A program made the translations under genes and the position numbers. Below the pieces are notes generated by a model. That model did not search any database. It was not told the origin of the DNA and saw only the letters and a program-made list of their open reading frames with translations. Below are positions 36,829-46,869 of a DNA stretch of 64,000 nt, piece after piece; the first letter of the stretch is position 1, and each line of letters begins with the position of its first letter. Origin of the DNA: Candidatus Woesearchaeota archaeon (GTDB taxonomy: Archaea > Nanobdellota > Nanobdellia > Woesearchaeales > WJKL01); assembly GCA_019322435.1 (NCBI GenBank), contig JAHWIR010000004.1, positions 48,604 through 112,603 on the forward strand. Direction: 5' to 3'.

Positions 36829-38046
36829 ATGAAAGACCTATTAAAATACGCAATCTCAAACTTATGGGATAGAAAAGCAAGAAGTTTTCTTACAATACTC
36901 TCTATATTGATAGGCATAACAGCGATCTTTGCATTGATCAGCTTTGGGCAGGGATTGAATTCTTATATGCTAGAGTTTGGAGAAGAGATGGGAACAGATA
37001 AGATTTTCTTGATGCCTGGCGGAGGATTAGCACAAGCACCTGGAACAAGCAACATACTTTTCTCAGAAGATGATCTGGATTTTATCAGAAAAGTCAATGG
37101 AGTAGAAGAAGCTTCAGGCATGTTTATAGAAAATGGAAGGATCAAATTCAAGGACTACAGGGAAGTTTATACATTTGTTATCGGCCTTTCAACAGACAGT
37201 GAAGAAAAAAGACTAATTGAAGAGATGTTTGGCGGAATAGAGATATTAGAAGGAAGACCCCTAAAAAAAGGAGACACTCTAAAAGCAACAGCAGGCTATA
37301 GTTATACTGTTCCAGACAGGTTGTTCAAAAAAAGAGTTAATATTGGTGATAAAGTAGAAGTCAATGATGTTGAAGTTGAAATAATCGGGATCTATGAAGA
37401 GATTGGCTCTCCTACAGATGATGCTCAGATGTATATCTCCCAGGAAGGATTCATAGAAATATTTGATATAGATGAATATGAATATATCTACATAAGAGCT
37501 GCTCCTGGCCAGGATCCTAGCGACTTGGCTGAAAAAATAAAAGAAAGATTCAGGAAATATAGAGGGCAAAAAGAAGGAGAAGAAGATTTCTCAATACAGA
37601 CATTTGAAGATGTTCTGCAGACATTCACAGTTGTGATTGGAGTTCTAAACGGAATACTTGTATTGATTGCCCTGATATCTGTCTTTGTTGCAGCTGTTAA
37701 TATTGCCAACACAATGTATACATCAATATTAGAAAGAACCCAGGAGATAGGAGTGATGAAGTCAATAGGGGCAAAAAATAGTTTTATTTTATTTATCTTC
37801 ATGGCTGAATCAGGAATTCTTGGCATTGTAGGAGGAGCAGTAGGTGTTATCCTCGGTTATCTGATTGCAAGATTAGGAGGAGCAATAGCAGCTGCCCAGG
37901 GATTAGGATTCATAAGACCTTCTTTCCCTGCATGGCTTGTAATTGGCTGCTTGTTGTTTGCTTTCTTAGTTGGATCTCTGTCTGGTTTGATTCCAGCAAT
38001 ACAGGCATCTAAATTAAACCCCGTAGATGCGCTTAGATATGAATGA
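36829..38046 (+). CDS. FtsX-family ABC permease (second copy)
   Basis: Same architecture; ends KLNPVDALRYE. Confidence 0.8.
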   Translation: MKDLLKYAISNLWDRKARSFLTILSILIGITAIFALISFGQGLNSYMLEFGEEMGTDKIFLMPGGGLAQAPGTSNILFSEDDLDFIRKVNGVEEASGMFIENGRIKFKDYREVYTFVIGLSTDSEEKRLIEEMFGGIEILEGRPLKKGDTLKATAGYSYTVPDRLFKKRVNIGDKVEVNDVEVEIIGIYEEIGSPTDDAQMYISQEGFIEIFDIDEYEYIYIRAAPGQDPSDLAEKIKERFRKYRGQKEGEEDFSIQTFEDVLQTFTVVIGVLNGILVLIALISVFVAAVNIANTMYTSILERTQEIGVMKSIGAKNSFILFIFMAESGILGIVGGAVGVILGYLIARLGGAIAAAQGLGFIRPSFPAWLVIGCLLFAFLVGSLSGLIPAIQASKLNPVDALRYE

Positions 38047-38116
38047 TTCTAATAGAAATATTTATATATAAGGTTTAACTATATTAACCTAATTAATAGG
38101 ATTAACAGGTTTAACC

Positions 38117-38314
38117 ATGACTAATAAGCTTATCAAAGACATGGATGAAGAGACTTGGCGTAGATTTATCGCTTTCTGCAAGTTAAAAAACATCAAAGCC
38201 AATGATCAATTAAAAGAAATTCTAGAAATCTTCCTAGAAAAAAATCTCAATAATCTTCTAAAAGGTAAAAAATCCAGTTTAAGAACTAGGAAAGGGGTGA
38301 AAAAGAAAACATGA
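38117..38314 (+). CDS. small DNA-binding-like protein (possible RHH/CopG-type) upstream of the glucan cluster
   Basis: 65 aa; IKDMDEETWRRFIAFCKLKNIKANDQLKEILEIFL resembles RHH regulators; ATGA overlap with the GT4 gene. Confidence 0.35.
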   Translation: MTNKLIKDMDEETWRRFIAFCKLKNIKANDQLKEILEIFLEKNLNNLLKGKKSSLRTRKGVKKKT

Positions 38315-39546
38315 AAGTGCTGATGTTTGGCTGGGAATTCCCGCCATTCAACTCAGGAGGGCTTGGAACAGCATGCTTTGGCCTGACCAAAGGCCTGCAT
38401 AGCCAGGGCGCTAGGGTAACCTTTGTTCTTCCAGTATCCAATCCAGACATGAAAGCTGAATTTGTAAAGCTAGTCTCAGCCGATGTATCAAAAGGAATCA
38501 AAAAGATAGGTATAAGTTCTCCAATCAGAGGATATATGACATCAGAAGAATATTACAGAGAACACAGCAAAGCTGTATTAAAGCAGGGCCAGCCAAGAAA
38601 AGTTCCTTTGTATGGCAAAAGCCTTTTTGAAGAAGTAAGAAGATATGCTGTAAAAGCAGGATTGATTGCAAAACATGAGGAATTTGATGTAATCCATGCT
38701 CATGACTGGATGACTTACCAGGCAGGGCTTCATGCAAAGAAAAAATCAGGAAAGCCATTGGTTATCCATGTCCATGCAACTGAATTTGACAGGACTGGCG
38801 ACAATCCAAACCAATATGTTTACGAGATAGAAAGGCAGGGAATGCACGAAGCTGATAAGATACTGGCAGTCAGCAATTTCACAAAAAATAAGATCATCAA
38901 GCATTATGATATCCCATCAGAAAAAATTGAAGTTGTCCACAATGCTGTTGAATTTAATGAGCACCGCTTTGAAGAGGAAACTTTCAAGATAAAAGAAACA
39001 GACAAGATAGTGTTATTCCTTGGACGTATTACAATCCAAAAAGGCCCTGATTATTTCTTGTATGCAGCTAAAAGAGCATTGGAAATCGATCCAAACATCA
39101 AATTCATTGTAGCAGGCTCAGGAGACATGGAGCAGTTTATGATAGAAAAAGCAGCTGAATTCGGAATAGCTGACAAAGTACTGTTCACAGGCTTCCTAAG
39201 AGGAAAAGACATTGACAAGGCATACCAGATGGCTGATCTCTATGTAATGCCTTCTGTTTCAGAGCCGGTTGGCATCACCCCTCTAGAAGCAATGAGAAAC
39301 AACACGCCAGTCATAATCTCAAAACAGTCAGGGGTCTCAGAAGTCATCAGCCACTGCCTAAAAGTAGACTTCTGGGATGTTGATCAGCTTGTAAACAAGA
39401 TGGTTGGCGTCTTAAGATATCAAGAATTAAGCGACACCCTAAAGCACCACGGCGGATTAGAAGTCAAAAAATTCGATTGGAATCACCCGGCAAAGCACTG
39501 CATGGAAATCTACAAGAAAGTTATGGAGGAAAAAAACAATGGTTAA
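38311..39546 (+). CDS. GT4-family glycosyltransferase (glycogen/starch-synthase-like, GT-B)
   Basis: 411 aa; N-terminal MKVLMFGWEFPPFNSGGLGTACFGL (GlgA-like KVGGL-type motif) and a C-terminal E-x7-E region. Confidence 0.8.
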   Translation: MKVLMFGWEFPPFNSGGLGTACFGLTKGLHSQGARVTFVLPVSNPDMKAEFVKLVSADVSKGIKKIGISSPIRGYMTSEEYYREHSKAVLKQGQPRKVPLYGKSLFEEVRRYAVKAGLIAKHEEFDVIHAHDWMTYQAGLHAKKKSGKPLVIHVHATEFDRTGDNPNQYVYEIERQGMHEADKILAVSNFTKNKIIKHYDIPSEKIEVVHNAVEFNEHRFEEETFKIKETDKIVLFLGRITIQKGPDYFLYAAKRALEIDPNIKFIVAGSGDMEQFMIEKAAEFGIADKVLFTGFLRGKDIDKAYQMADLYVMPSVSEPVGITPLEAMRNNTPVIISKQSGVSEVISHCLKVDFWDVDQLVNKMVGVLRYQELSDTLKHHGGLEVKKFDWNHPAKHCMEIYKKVMEEKNNG

Positions 39547-40750
39547 CATCTGCTTTTATTTCCAGGTCCATCAGCCAATAAGATTGAGAAATTATAATGT
39601 ATTTGAAATTGGCAATAATCATGATTATTTTGATCACAAGAAAAACAAAGAAGTATTAGAAAAAGTTGCCCATAAATGCTATCTTCCAGCAAACAACCTA
39701 TTGCTGCAGTTAATTAAAAAATACCCTAAATTCAAGATAAGCTATTCCTTTTCAGGGGTCTTGCTGGATCAGCTTGAAGAAAATGCTCCTGATGTGATTG
39801 AATCCTTCAGAAAACTGGTCAATACAGGCAATGTAGAGGTCCTGAGTGAGACCTACTATCACAGCCTGGCATTCCTCTACTCCAAGCCAGAGTTTAAACA
39901 GCAGGTCCTTTTGCATAAGAAAAGAATAAAAGAGCTCTTTGGCTATACTCCAAAAGTTTTCAGGAATACAGAATTGACATATAACAACGAGCTTGCTCAT
40001 TACATTGAAAACATGGGCTACAAAGGGATATTGGCAGAAGGAGCAGATCATATCCTTGGCTGGCGTTCGCCTAACTTTGTATACAGGCCAAAAGGAACCA
40101 AGAAGATAAAGCTTCTGTTGAAAAACTACAAGCTCTCAGATGATATTGCCTTTAGATTCTCAAACCAGGGCTGGCCTGAATGGCCTCTGACAACAAGCAA
40201 GTTTTCCCAATGGGTGAATGCAGTAAATGGCAATGGAGTTACAATCAATCTTTTCATGGACTATGAGACCTTTGGAGAGCACCAATGGTCTTCAACAGGC
40301 ATCTTCAACTTCCTAAAATCTCTTCCAACTGAAATACTAAAGCATCCTGATAATAGATTTGCAACGCCTTCAGAAGTTATCAAGGAATTCCAGCCAGTTG
40401 AAGAGCTTGACATCCACCATATAATATCATGGGCAGATACTGAAAGAGATTTGTCAGCATGGATTGGCAACAAGATGCAGCAGTCTGCCATCCAAAAGAT
40501 ATATGCGATTGAAAGAGCTGTAAAAAGAACAAAATCAAAAAAACTGATAGAAGACTGGAGAAAACTCCAGACATCTGATCATTTCTATTACATGTGCACA
40601 AAATGGTTCAGTGATGGAGATGTCCATAAATACTTCAATCCTTATGACAGCCCGTATGATGCATTCATCACTTACATGAATATATTGACTGATTTTGAAA
40701 AAAGAATTGAAAAAGAGGTGAAAACAAATGCCAAGGATCTCATCAGATAA
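39539..40750 (+). CDS. GH57-family glycoside hydrolase (alpha-amylase / branching enzyme / 4-alpha-glucanotransferase type)
   Basis: N-terminal FYFQVHQPIRL (GH57 signature HQP.R); 403 aa. Confidence 0.8.
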   Translation: MVNICFYFQVHQPIRLRNYNVFEIGNNHDYFDHKKNKEVLEKVAHKCYLPANNLLLQLIKKYPKFKISYSFSGVLLDQLEENAPDVIESFRKLVNTGNVEVLSETYYHSLAFLYSKPEFKQQVLLHKKRIKELFGYTPKVFRNTELTYNNELAHYIENMGYKGILAEGADHILGWRSPNFVYRPKGTKKIKLLLKNYKLSDDIAFRFSNQGWPEWPLTTSKFSQWVNAVNGNGVTINLFMDYETFGEHQWSSTGIFNFLKSLPTEILKHPDNRFATPSEVIKEFQPVEELDIHHIISWADTERDLSAWIGNKMQQSAIQKIYAIERAVKRTKSKKLIEDWRKLQTSDHFYYMCTKWFSDGDVHKYFNPYDSPYDAFITYMNILTDFEKRIEKEVKTNAKDLIR

Positions 40751-40988
40751 ATATTTTTCATTATGCACCGGAGGTTTAATAAAGAGCGTCAAAGAACTGG
40801 CCTTTGCAATGGATTATCTAAGTGACGAAGAGCTAAACCACCATGTTAATGAATCAAAAAACGATTTCAGCAGCTGGGTAAGGGACGTTTTCAAAGAATA
40901 TCGGCTTGCAGAGATTATTTCAGATATCAAAGATAGAAAAGAAATGCAAATTGTATTATTAAAACATTTAGTAAATAAAAAGAGGTGA
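40728..40988 (+). CDS. small protein, paralog A of a duplicated HHVN-NDF-WV motif family
   Basis: YFSLCTGGLIKSVKELAFAMDYLSDEELNHHVNESKNDFSSWVRDVF. Confidence 0.45.
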   Translation: MPRISSDKYFSLCTGGLIKSVKELAFAMDYLSDEELNHHVNESKNDFSSWVRDVFKEYRLAEIISDIKDRKEMQIVLLKHLVNKKR

Positions 40989-40993
40989 AATAA

Positions 40994-41569
40994 ATGGGAA
41001 TTAGTCCGGAAAACTATTTCCAGCTTAAAGACGGCACCACAATCAGGAATCTGTTTGAGCTGTCTAAAGCATTGGAGAAGATGCCTGAAGATATGTTTCA
41101 GCATCATGTGAATAAAGAGAGAAATGACTTCTATAACTGGGTGAATGATGTTGTCAAGGACAAGGATCTAGCATCAAGAATCCTGGCAGCAGGCACTAGA
41201 AAACAAATGCAAAAAGAGATTGGGAAAAAGATGGAGAAGGATGTAGTCAAAGAGATGGCTAAAAAAAGAACAGCAACTGTGAGGACAAAAAGCGTAAGAA
41301 CAAAGCCAAAAGCAGCAAAACCAACAGCAATAAAATCAAAACAACTGCAGGTATTAAAGAACAAAGCATTGGCATTAAAGAACAAGGTATATAACTTGTT
41401 TTTGAGAGAAGAAGAAAAACCAAAGAAAAAGCTAAGCCAGATAGATCCAGAAAGTATAAAATGGGGTATTGGCTGCCCGTACAAGACAATCCATTGCGGG
41501 ATACTGGAGTTTGTTTTTGGGGTTGTTATGGGATTGCTGATAGCGCTAGTGCTTACAGCAATACTTTAA
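40994..41569 (+). CDS. paralog B (same motif) with Lys-rich linker and C-terminal TM helix
   Basis: YFQLKDGTTIRNLFELSKALEKMPEDMFQHHVNKERNDFYNWVNDVV ... C-terminal GVVMGLLIALVLTAIL. Confidence 0.5.
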   Translation: MGISPENYFQLKDGTTIRNLFELSKALEKMPEDMFQHHVNKERNDFYNWVNDVVKDKDLASRILAAGTRKQMQKEIGKKMEKDVVKEMAKKRTATVRTKSVRTKPKAAKPTAIKSKQLQVLKNKALALKNKVYNLFLREEEKPKKKLSQIDPESIKWGIGCPYKTIHCGILEFVFGVVMGLLIALVLTAIL

Positions 41570-41570
41570 A

Positions 41571-43382
41571 ATGGCAAAAGCAAATGCAGAATTGATGTAT
41601 GAAGTATCCTGGGAAGTCTGCAACAAAGTAGGAGGGATATGGACAGTTATATCTTCAAAAGCAAGCCAGATGAGAAGGTTCTATAAAGATAGATATACTT
41701 GCATAGGGCCTTATTTTACTGAAAAGGCATTAGGCAGTTTTGAAGAGCAGCCAGCTCCAAAAGAATGTAAAGCAATGTGCAAAGAACTCCAGCAGCAAGG
41801 AATAATACTTCACTTTGGAAAGTGGCTGATAAAAGGAACTCCGAATGTTATCCTGGTGGATTTCACAAACTTCAGATTCAAGACAGACGAAATCAAAAAA
41901 GAATTATGGAATAACTTCAAAGTAGATTCCCTTCGTTCAAATAGTGTTGAATATAACGAGCCTATTGTATGGGCTCATGCAACAGGTATCGTAATAGAAA
42001 GGCTATCCCAGATCTATAACAAAAAGATAGTTGCTCAGTTCCACGAATGGCTGGCAGGTCCTGGTCTGCTCTACCTCAAGAAAAACAATGCAAATGTTGC
42101 CACTGTTTTCACAACCCACGCCACAGTTATGGGCCGTGCTCTGGCTTCTGCAAATATTGACCTGTTCTGCAAGCCAAAAGGAGGGGACAAATGCAATCTT
42201 CAACTGATGGACATTGATAAAGAATCTTATAACTATAATACAGAAAGCAAACATCTTATTGAAAAAACCTCTGCTCATAATGCTGATGTTTTCACAACAG
42301 TAAGTGAAATCACTGGTCTGGAAGCAGAATATGTTTTAGGCAAAAAGCCAAATAAAATACTTCCAAATGGTCTTGATAATGATAAATTCCCTACATTTGA
42401 AGAAGCATCAATTGAGCATCGTATCCACAGAAACCATGTAAGGGAATTCATAATGTATTACTTCTTTCCATACTACCAGTTTGATATAAAAGAGACCTTG
42501 ATCTTCTTCTTAGCAGGACGCTATGAATTAAAAAACAAAGGCATTGATATTTTTATCAAATCTCTTGCAAAGCTAAATGCAATAATGAAAGAGAAAAAAA
42601 GCAAAAAAACAATTATAGCTTTTATCTGGGTTCCTACAGGAGTACGCGGTATTAAGCTTGATATCCTTGACAACAGAACACTGTTCAATGACATAAGAGA
42701 CGGCCTGGATGAGGACACCAATCAGATTAAAAGAAACATTCTATATACTATTGTCTCGAAAGAAGAACTGAGCAAAGAAAATGTCTTTACTAAATCTTTC
42801 TTGGATGATACAAAAAGAAAATTGATGAAGTTCAAGAAAAAAGGAACTCCAGCTTTGATCACTCATGATATCCAGCAGTATGGTGACCAGATAGTTGACT
42901 TGTTATTGGCATCAGGACTTGATAACAAAGAAGATGACAAAGTAAAGATGATCTTCTATCCTATCTATCTGACAGGAGCAGACGGATTACTGGACCTGAC
43001 ATATTATGAATCAATGCAGGCAGGCCACTTGGGAGTCTTCCCTTCTTTCTACGAGCCATGGGGCTACACTCCTTTAGAAGCAGCTGCTCTGGGAGTCTCC
43101 TCAGTTACAACTGATCTGGCTGGATTTGGCAAATACATTCAGAAGAAAAAACAAAGAAGACATCCAGGAATCTTTGTTTTAAGAAGGATGGACAGGACAG
43201 ATGGTGAGATCATTGATGACCTGACAAGATTCATGTATAAATTTACCCGCTATACAAGGCAGGGCCGTGTTAAGAACAAGATAGAAGCAAAAAAACTTGC
43301 TGAAAAAGCTGATTGGAAGCGCCTTTCAGTTAATTATATACAGGCGCACAACAGCGCCATCAATAAAAAATTTGGGGTGTAA
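41571..43382 (+). CDS. GT3-family (eukaryote-type) glycogen synthase-like glycosyltransferase
   Basis: N-terminal YEVSWEVCNKVGGIWTV matches the GT3 glycogen synthase signature (fungal/animal LFE.AWEVANKVGGIYTV); 603 aa. Confidence 0.65.
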   Translation: MAKANAELMYEVSWEVCNKVGGIWTVISSKASQMRRFYKDRYTCIGPYFTEKALGSFEEQPAPKECKAMCKELQQQGIILHFGKWLIKGTPNVILVDFTNFRFKTDEIKKELWNNFKVDSLRSNSVEYNEPIVWAHATGIVIERLSQIYNKKIVAQFHEWLAGPGLLYLKKNNANVATVFTTHATVMGRALASANIDLFCKPKGGDKCNLQLMDIDKESYNYNTESKHLIEKTSAHNADVFTTVSEITGLEAEYVLGKKPNKILPNGLDNDKFPTFEEASIEHRIHRNHVREFIMYYFFPYYQFDIKETLIFFLAGRYELKNKGIDIFIKSLAKLNAIMKEKKSKKTIIAFIWVPTGVRGIKLDILDNRTLFNDIRDGLDEDTNQIKRNILYTIVSKEELSKENVFTKSFLDDTKRKLMKFKKKGTPALITHDIQQYGDQIVDLLLASGLDNKEDDKVKMIFYPIYLTGADGLLDLTYYESMQAGHLGVFPSFYEPWGYTPLEAAALGVSSVTTDLAGFGKYIQKKKQRRHPGIFVLRRMDRTDGEIIDDLTRFMYKFTRYTRQGRVKNKIEAKKLAEKADWKRLSVNYIQAHNSAINKKFGV

Positions 43383-43384
43383 AA

Positions 43385-44326
43385 ATGGAGCTAAGAAAAG
43401 ATTATATTTTGGACAGATATGTGATTGTTTCCTCTGCAAGAGGCAAGCGTCCGCATGAATTCAAAAGAGAGGCTAAAATAAAAGAAGGCATCTGCTATTT
43501 CTGTCCTGGAAATGAAAAGCTTACACCCCCTGAAATCGGAAGGATTGGAACAAAAAACAAGTGGACAATAAGATGGTTCCCAAACAAATTCCCTGCTGTT
43601 GACCAGGAAGGCAGCCCTGATTTCGAGACCCACAATAAATATTACACCTTTGCCCATTCCTATGGCTATCATGAAGTCATTGCTGAGACCGATAATCACA
43701 AAAAACAGATGTGGGATCTGACTCCAAAACAGATCAAGAAGATATTAGAAGTCTATGCAGACAGGATTGAAGAGATATCTAAAAAAGACAATATAAAATA
43801 TGTATCTCTGTTCAAAAACCATGGAAAAGATGCAGGAACATCTATTGTTCATTCCCACACACAGATCATAGCCTATAATAAAATTCCAAGCTTAGTTAAA
43901 GAAGAGGTTGATGCTGCAAAAAATTATTCCACCTGCCCTTATTGTGAAATCATTGAAAACGAGAGCAAATCTGAAAGAAGATGCTTTGAAAACTCTTCTT
44001 TTGTTGCCTTTGCCCCATATGCCTCCCGCTTTCATTATGAGATTTGGATATTCCCAAAACAACATATTAAGAACATGACAGAGCTGACTGAAGACCAGCT
44101 GAATAGTTTAGCACAAATCCTAAAGAAAGTTCTTCTAAAGCTTAAGAAGCTGAATATCTCTTATAATATGCAGCTGCACTATGCTCCTAAAGGACAGGAC
44201 TTGCATTCCCATATCGAGATTTGCCCAAGAGAAGCAATCTGGGGCGGTTTTGAGCTCTTAACAGATGATACAATCAACTCTGTATCACCTGAGGATGCAG
44301 CAAAATACTATAGAGGAAATAAATGA
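43385..44326 (+). CDS. GalT-like HIT-family hexose-1-phosphate nucleotidyltransferase
   Basis: CYFCPGNE zinc motif and HSHTQI (HxHxQ) active site; 313 aa. Confidence 0.7.
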   Translation: MELRKDYILDRYVIVSSARGKRPHEFKREAKIKEGICYFCPGNEKLTPPEIGRIGTKNKWTIRWFPNKFPAVDQEGSPDFETHNKYYTFAHSYGYHEVIAETDNHKKQMWDLTPKQIKKILEVYADRIEEISKKDNIKYVSLFKNHGKDAGTSIVHSHTQIIAYNKIPSLVKEEVDAAKNYSTCPYCEIIENESKSERRCFENSSFVAFAPYASRFHYEIWIFPKQHIKNMTELTEDQLNSLAQILKKVLLKLKKLNISYNMQLHYAPKGQDLHSHIEICPREAIWGGFELLTDDTINSVSPEDAAKYYRGNK

Positions 44327-46083
44327 TAATAACACACAAGCTGAACACCACAAAAGTATCTAGAAATACAAAGCATGATGTAAATTTCGTGCTAACCAAC
44401 AAGCTTGGAGGCTATTGCATGCTAGCCTCAGCTCCTTACTCAAGATATAATGGAGTATTTCTGTTTGACAAGGATACTATGTACAAGATAATTGAAGACA
44501 TTGATTTGATTGATGCTCCTCCTATAAAAGAGATTGTAAATGAATTCTCCTCAATAACAAGAAAAAGAGGCTCTATCAATGAATCCTTCTTCATGCCCTA
44601 TGGCTATGATGCATTGGTTTATGAATTGAATTCTCCAAGAGAAGTTGAGCTCACAGTTGACATAAGAGCCTCATATGATAACCCTGAATTCGGAAGAATC
44701 TATAAGATCTCAAAATCAGGCTCAAAAATCATAATCAGCTATAAACATGAATCCATTAAATTGTTCTTGGCAATAAAAACAGACACAGAAGATTATGAAA
44801 AAATTCAGGAATGGATAAAAAGAGAATATTCCTTTGACAAAGGCCGAAACACAATATCATTTGAAAAATATGTTTACAAGGCATTGAAGCTCAAAGCCTC
44901 AACAATTGCCTTTGCTTTTTCCAAATCAAGGCAGCATGCAGTAGAAGAAGCAGACTATGTTTTCAAGAATCTGGCAAGACTAAAAGAACACCAAAAAATC
45001 TATGTAACAAAAATAAATGCAAAATTAGCAAGAAATCCTGAAACAAGAATGGCAAAAAAATGCTGCATCAATTCTTTGAATAAGCTTCTTGTCAATCTAA
45101 AAAATAAAAGAGGGTTATTCGCTGGCCTGCCTTGGTTCTTCCAGTTCTGGTCAAGAGATGAATTGATTTCATTAAAAGCATTATTATTGAACCAGCAGGA
45201 TAGGGAAGTCAAAGATATTTTACTGAAAAACCTCAATCTAGTAAAAAATGGCAGATTATTGAATAAAAACATGCCTGTAATTGAAAAGACAAATGCTGAT
45301 TCAATCGGCTGGCTCTTCAAAAGGATATCTGATTGTCTTGAGATATTCTCTTCAAAAGAAAAAGAAAATATCAAGAAAAAACTTGTTGCTGCAATCAAAT
45401 TCATCAATGAGAATTACACAGCAGACAGCCTTGTGTATAATAGTGTAAAAGAGACCTGGATGGATACAGAATGGGCAGAAGACCACAGGGCTGGATTCAG
45501 GATTGAGATCCAAGCACTGTTCTTAAACATGCTCAAGCTTGCCTATCATCTTACAAAAGACAGCAGATATCTTGATCAGGAAAGAGGATTAAGGATTCTG
45601 GTCAAAGAAAGATTCTGGGATGGAAGAATCCTAGCAGACGGCTTGAATGACTTTACCATCCGCCCTAATATCTTTATTGCAGCATATGTCTATCCAGAAC
45701 TGTTGTCTAAAACAGAATGGACTTTGTGCTTTGAAAATTCCCTTAAAAAACTCTGGCTAAATTGGGGAGGCCTTGCTTCTATTGACAAATCCCACCACCT
45801 GTTCTACAGCGAATACACAGGAGAAAGCAAGCAAAGCTATCATAGGGGAACATCCTGGTATTGGGTCAATAATCTCGCTGCTTTAGTCATGAAACGCATT
45901 AACAAGCTAAAATTCAAAACCTATATTGATAAAATCACCCAAGCTTCTGTTAAAGAAATCCTAACATCAGGAGCAATAGGCCATCATGCAGAAGTTTCTT
46001 CAGCTAGTTCTCTAAAATCAGAAGGCTGCAAAGCTCAGGCATGGTCTAATGCAATGTTTATAGAATTAATTGAAGAGAGTTAA
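44323..46083 (+). CDS. glycogen-debranching-enzyme-like (amylo-alpha-1,6-glucosidase, GDE_C six-hairpin domain)
   Basis: GLPWFFQFWSRDELISL resembles the GDE_C motif (PWF..WGRD.FI); 586 aa. Confidence 0.65.
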   Translation: MIITHKLNTTKVSRNTKHDVNFVLTNKLGGYCMLASAPYSRYNGVFLFDKDTMYKIIEDIDLIDAPPIKEIVNEFSSITRKRGSINESFFMPYGYDALVYELNSPREVELTVDIRASYDNPEFGRIYKISKSGSKIIISYKHESIKLFLAIKTDTEDYEKIQEWIKREYSFDKGRNTISFEKYVYKALKLKASTIAFAFSKSRQHAVEEADYVFKNLARLKEHQKIYVTKINAKLARNPETRMAKKCCINSLNKLLVNLKNKRGLFAGLPWFFQFWSRDELISLKALLLNQQDREVKDILLKNLNLVKNGRLLNKNMPVIEKTNADSIGWLFKRISDCLEIFSSKEKENIKKKLVAAIKFINENYTADSLVYNSVKETWMDTEWAEDHRAGFRIEIQALFLNMLKLAYHLTKDSRYLDQERGLRILVKERFWDGRILADGLNDFTIRPNIFIAAYVYPELLSKTEWTLCFENSLKKLWLNWGGLASIDKSHHLFYSEYTGESKQSYHRGTSWYWVNNLAALVMKRINKLKFKTYIDKITQASVKEILTSGAIGHHAEVSSASSLKSEGCKAQAWSNAMFIELIEES

Positions 46084-46844
46084 CCAATAATATATCTGTC
46101 AAAAAGCCAATTATCCAATGCAACATCTACTATATCCTTCTTAGATTTATAAGATTCATCAATCATTGCTTTAGTAAATTTTATTGCATCTTCAGGCTCA
46201 TCCTTTTCCAAGAATTTGTTAAAAGCATCATAAAAAATATCACAGTTCTTTAAAGCCCTTTGTGCATCTTCTTCTCCTGCATAATCACTAGAACGAAACC
46301 TAAATAAAGGGCGTTCTTCTCCAGAAACTGCAAAAGCCAAACCTTCTATAACAGAAGGAATTCCAAGTGTATTAATAAGCGAACTTAAAAAACCAACATC
46401 AATAGAATTTTTTACAGCACTGTCTGCAAAATAATTAAGTTTTTCTGAGTGTTCCTGCTCATCCATTGCATTCAGCATATTATTCTCAGCATCAATCCAT
46501 GCTTTATAGCTTGTACGAAGTTCTTTCATTACTTTAGTTGATCCCATCTCCCTACGTGCAGATTCATAAGTAAAATCATTGTTAAAATTTTCAGAGCTTA
46601 TTTCTTCTGAAATAACTTCTAAGAGATAATCAGGATCAAAAATAATCACATCTTTAGGAATATCATATACACTCCTTGACCCGCACATTGGTTCCTTAGC
46701 ATCATTAAGAATAGTCGGATTAAAAGAAGAATCATTTTGAACAGCTATTCTTGGATTTTCCCTTCCATCAAACTCTAATTCTTCGTAAGCTTTCTTTATA
46801 ATATCCTTAAAATCCTTGGGTCCTTTATACAAAAATCTTGTCAT
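46080..46844 (-). CDS. hypothetical protein
   Basis: 254 aa, acidic. Confidence 0.45.
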   Translation of the reverse strand: MTRFLYKGPKDFKDIIKKAYEELEFDGRENPRIAVQNDSSFNPTILNDAKEPMCGSRSVYDIPKDVIIFDPDYLLEVISEEISSENFNNDFTYESARREMGSTKVMKELRTSYKAWIDAENNMLNAMDEQEHSEKLNYFADSAVKNSIDVGFLSSLINTLGIPSVIEGLAFAVSGEERPLFRFRSSDYAGEEDAQRALKNCDIFYDAFNKFLEKDEPEDAIKFTKAMIDESYKSKKDIVDVALDNWLFDRYIIG

Positions 46845-46869
46845 CTTAATTCATCCTCTCTCATCCTTA

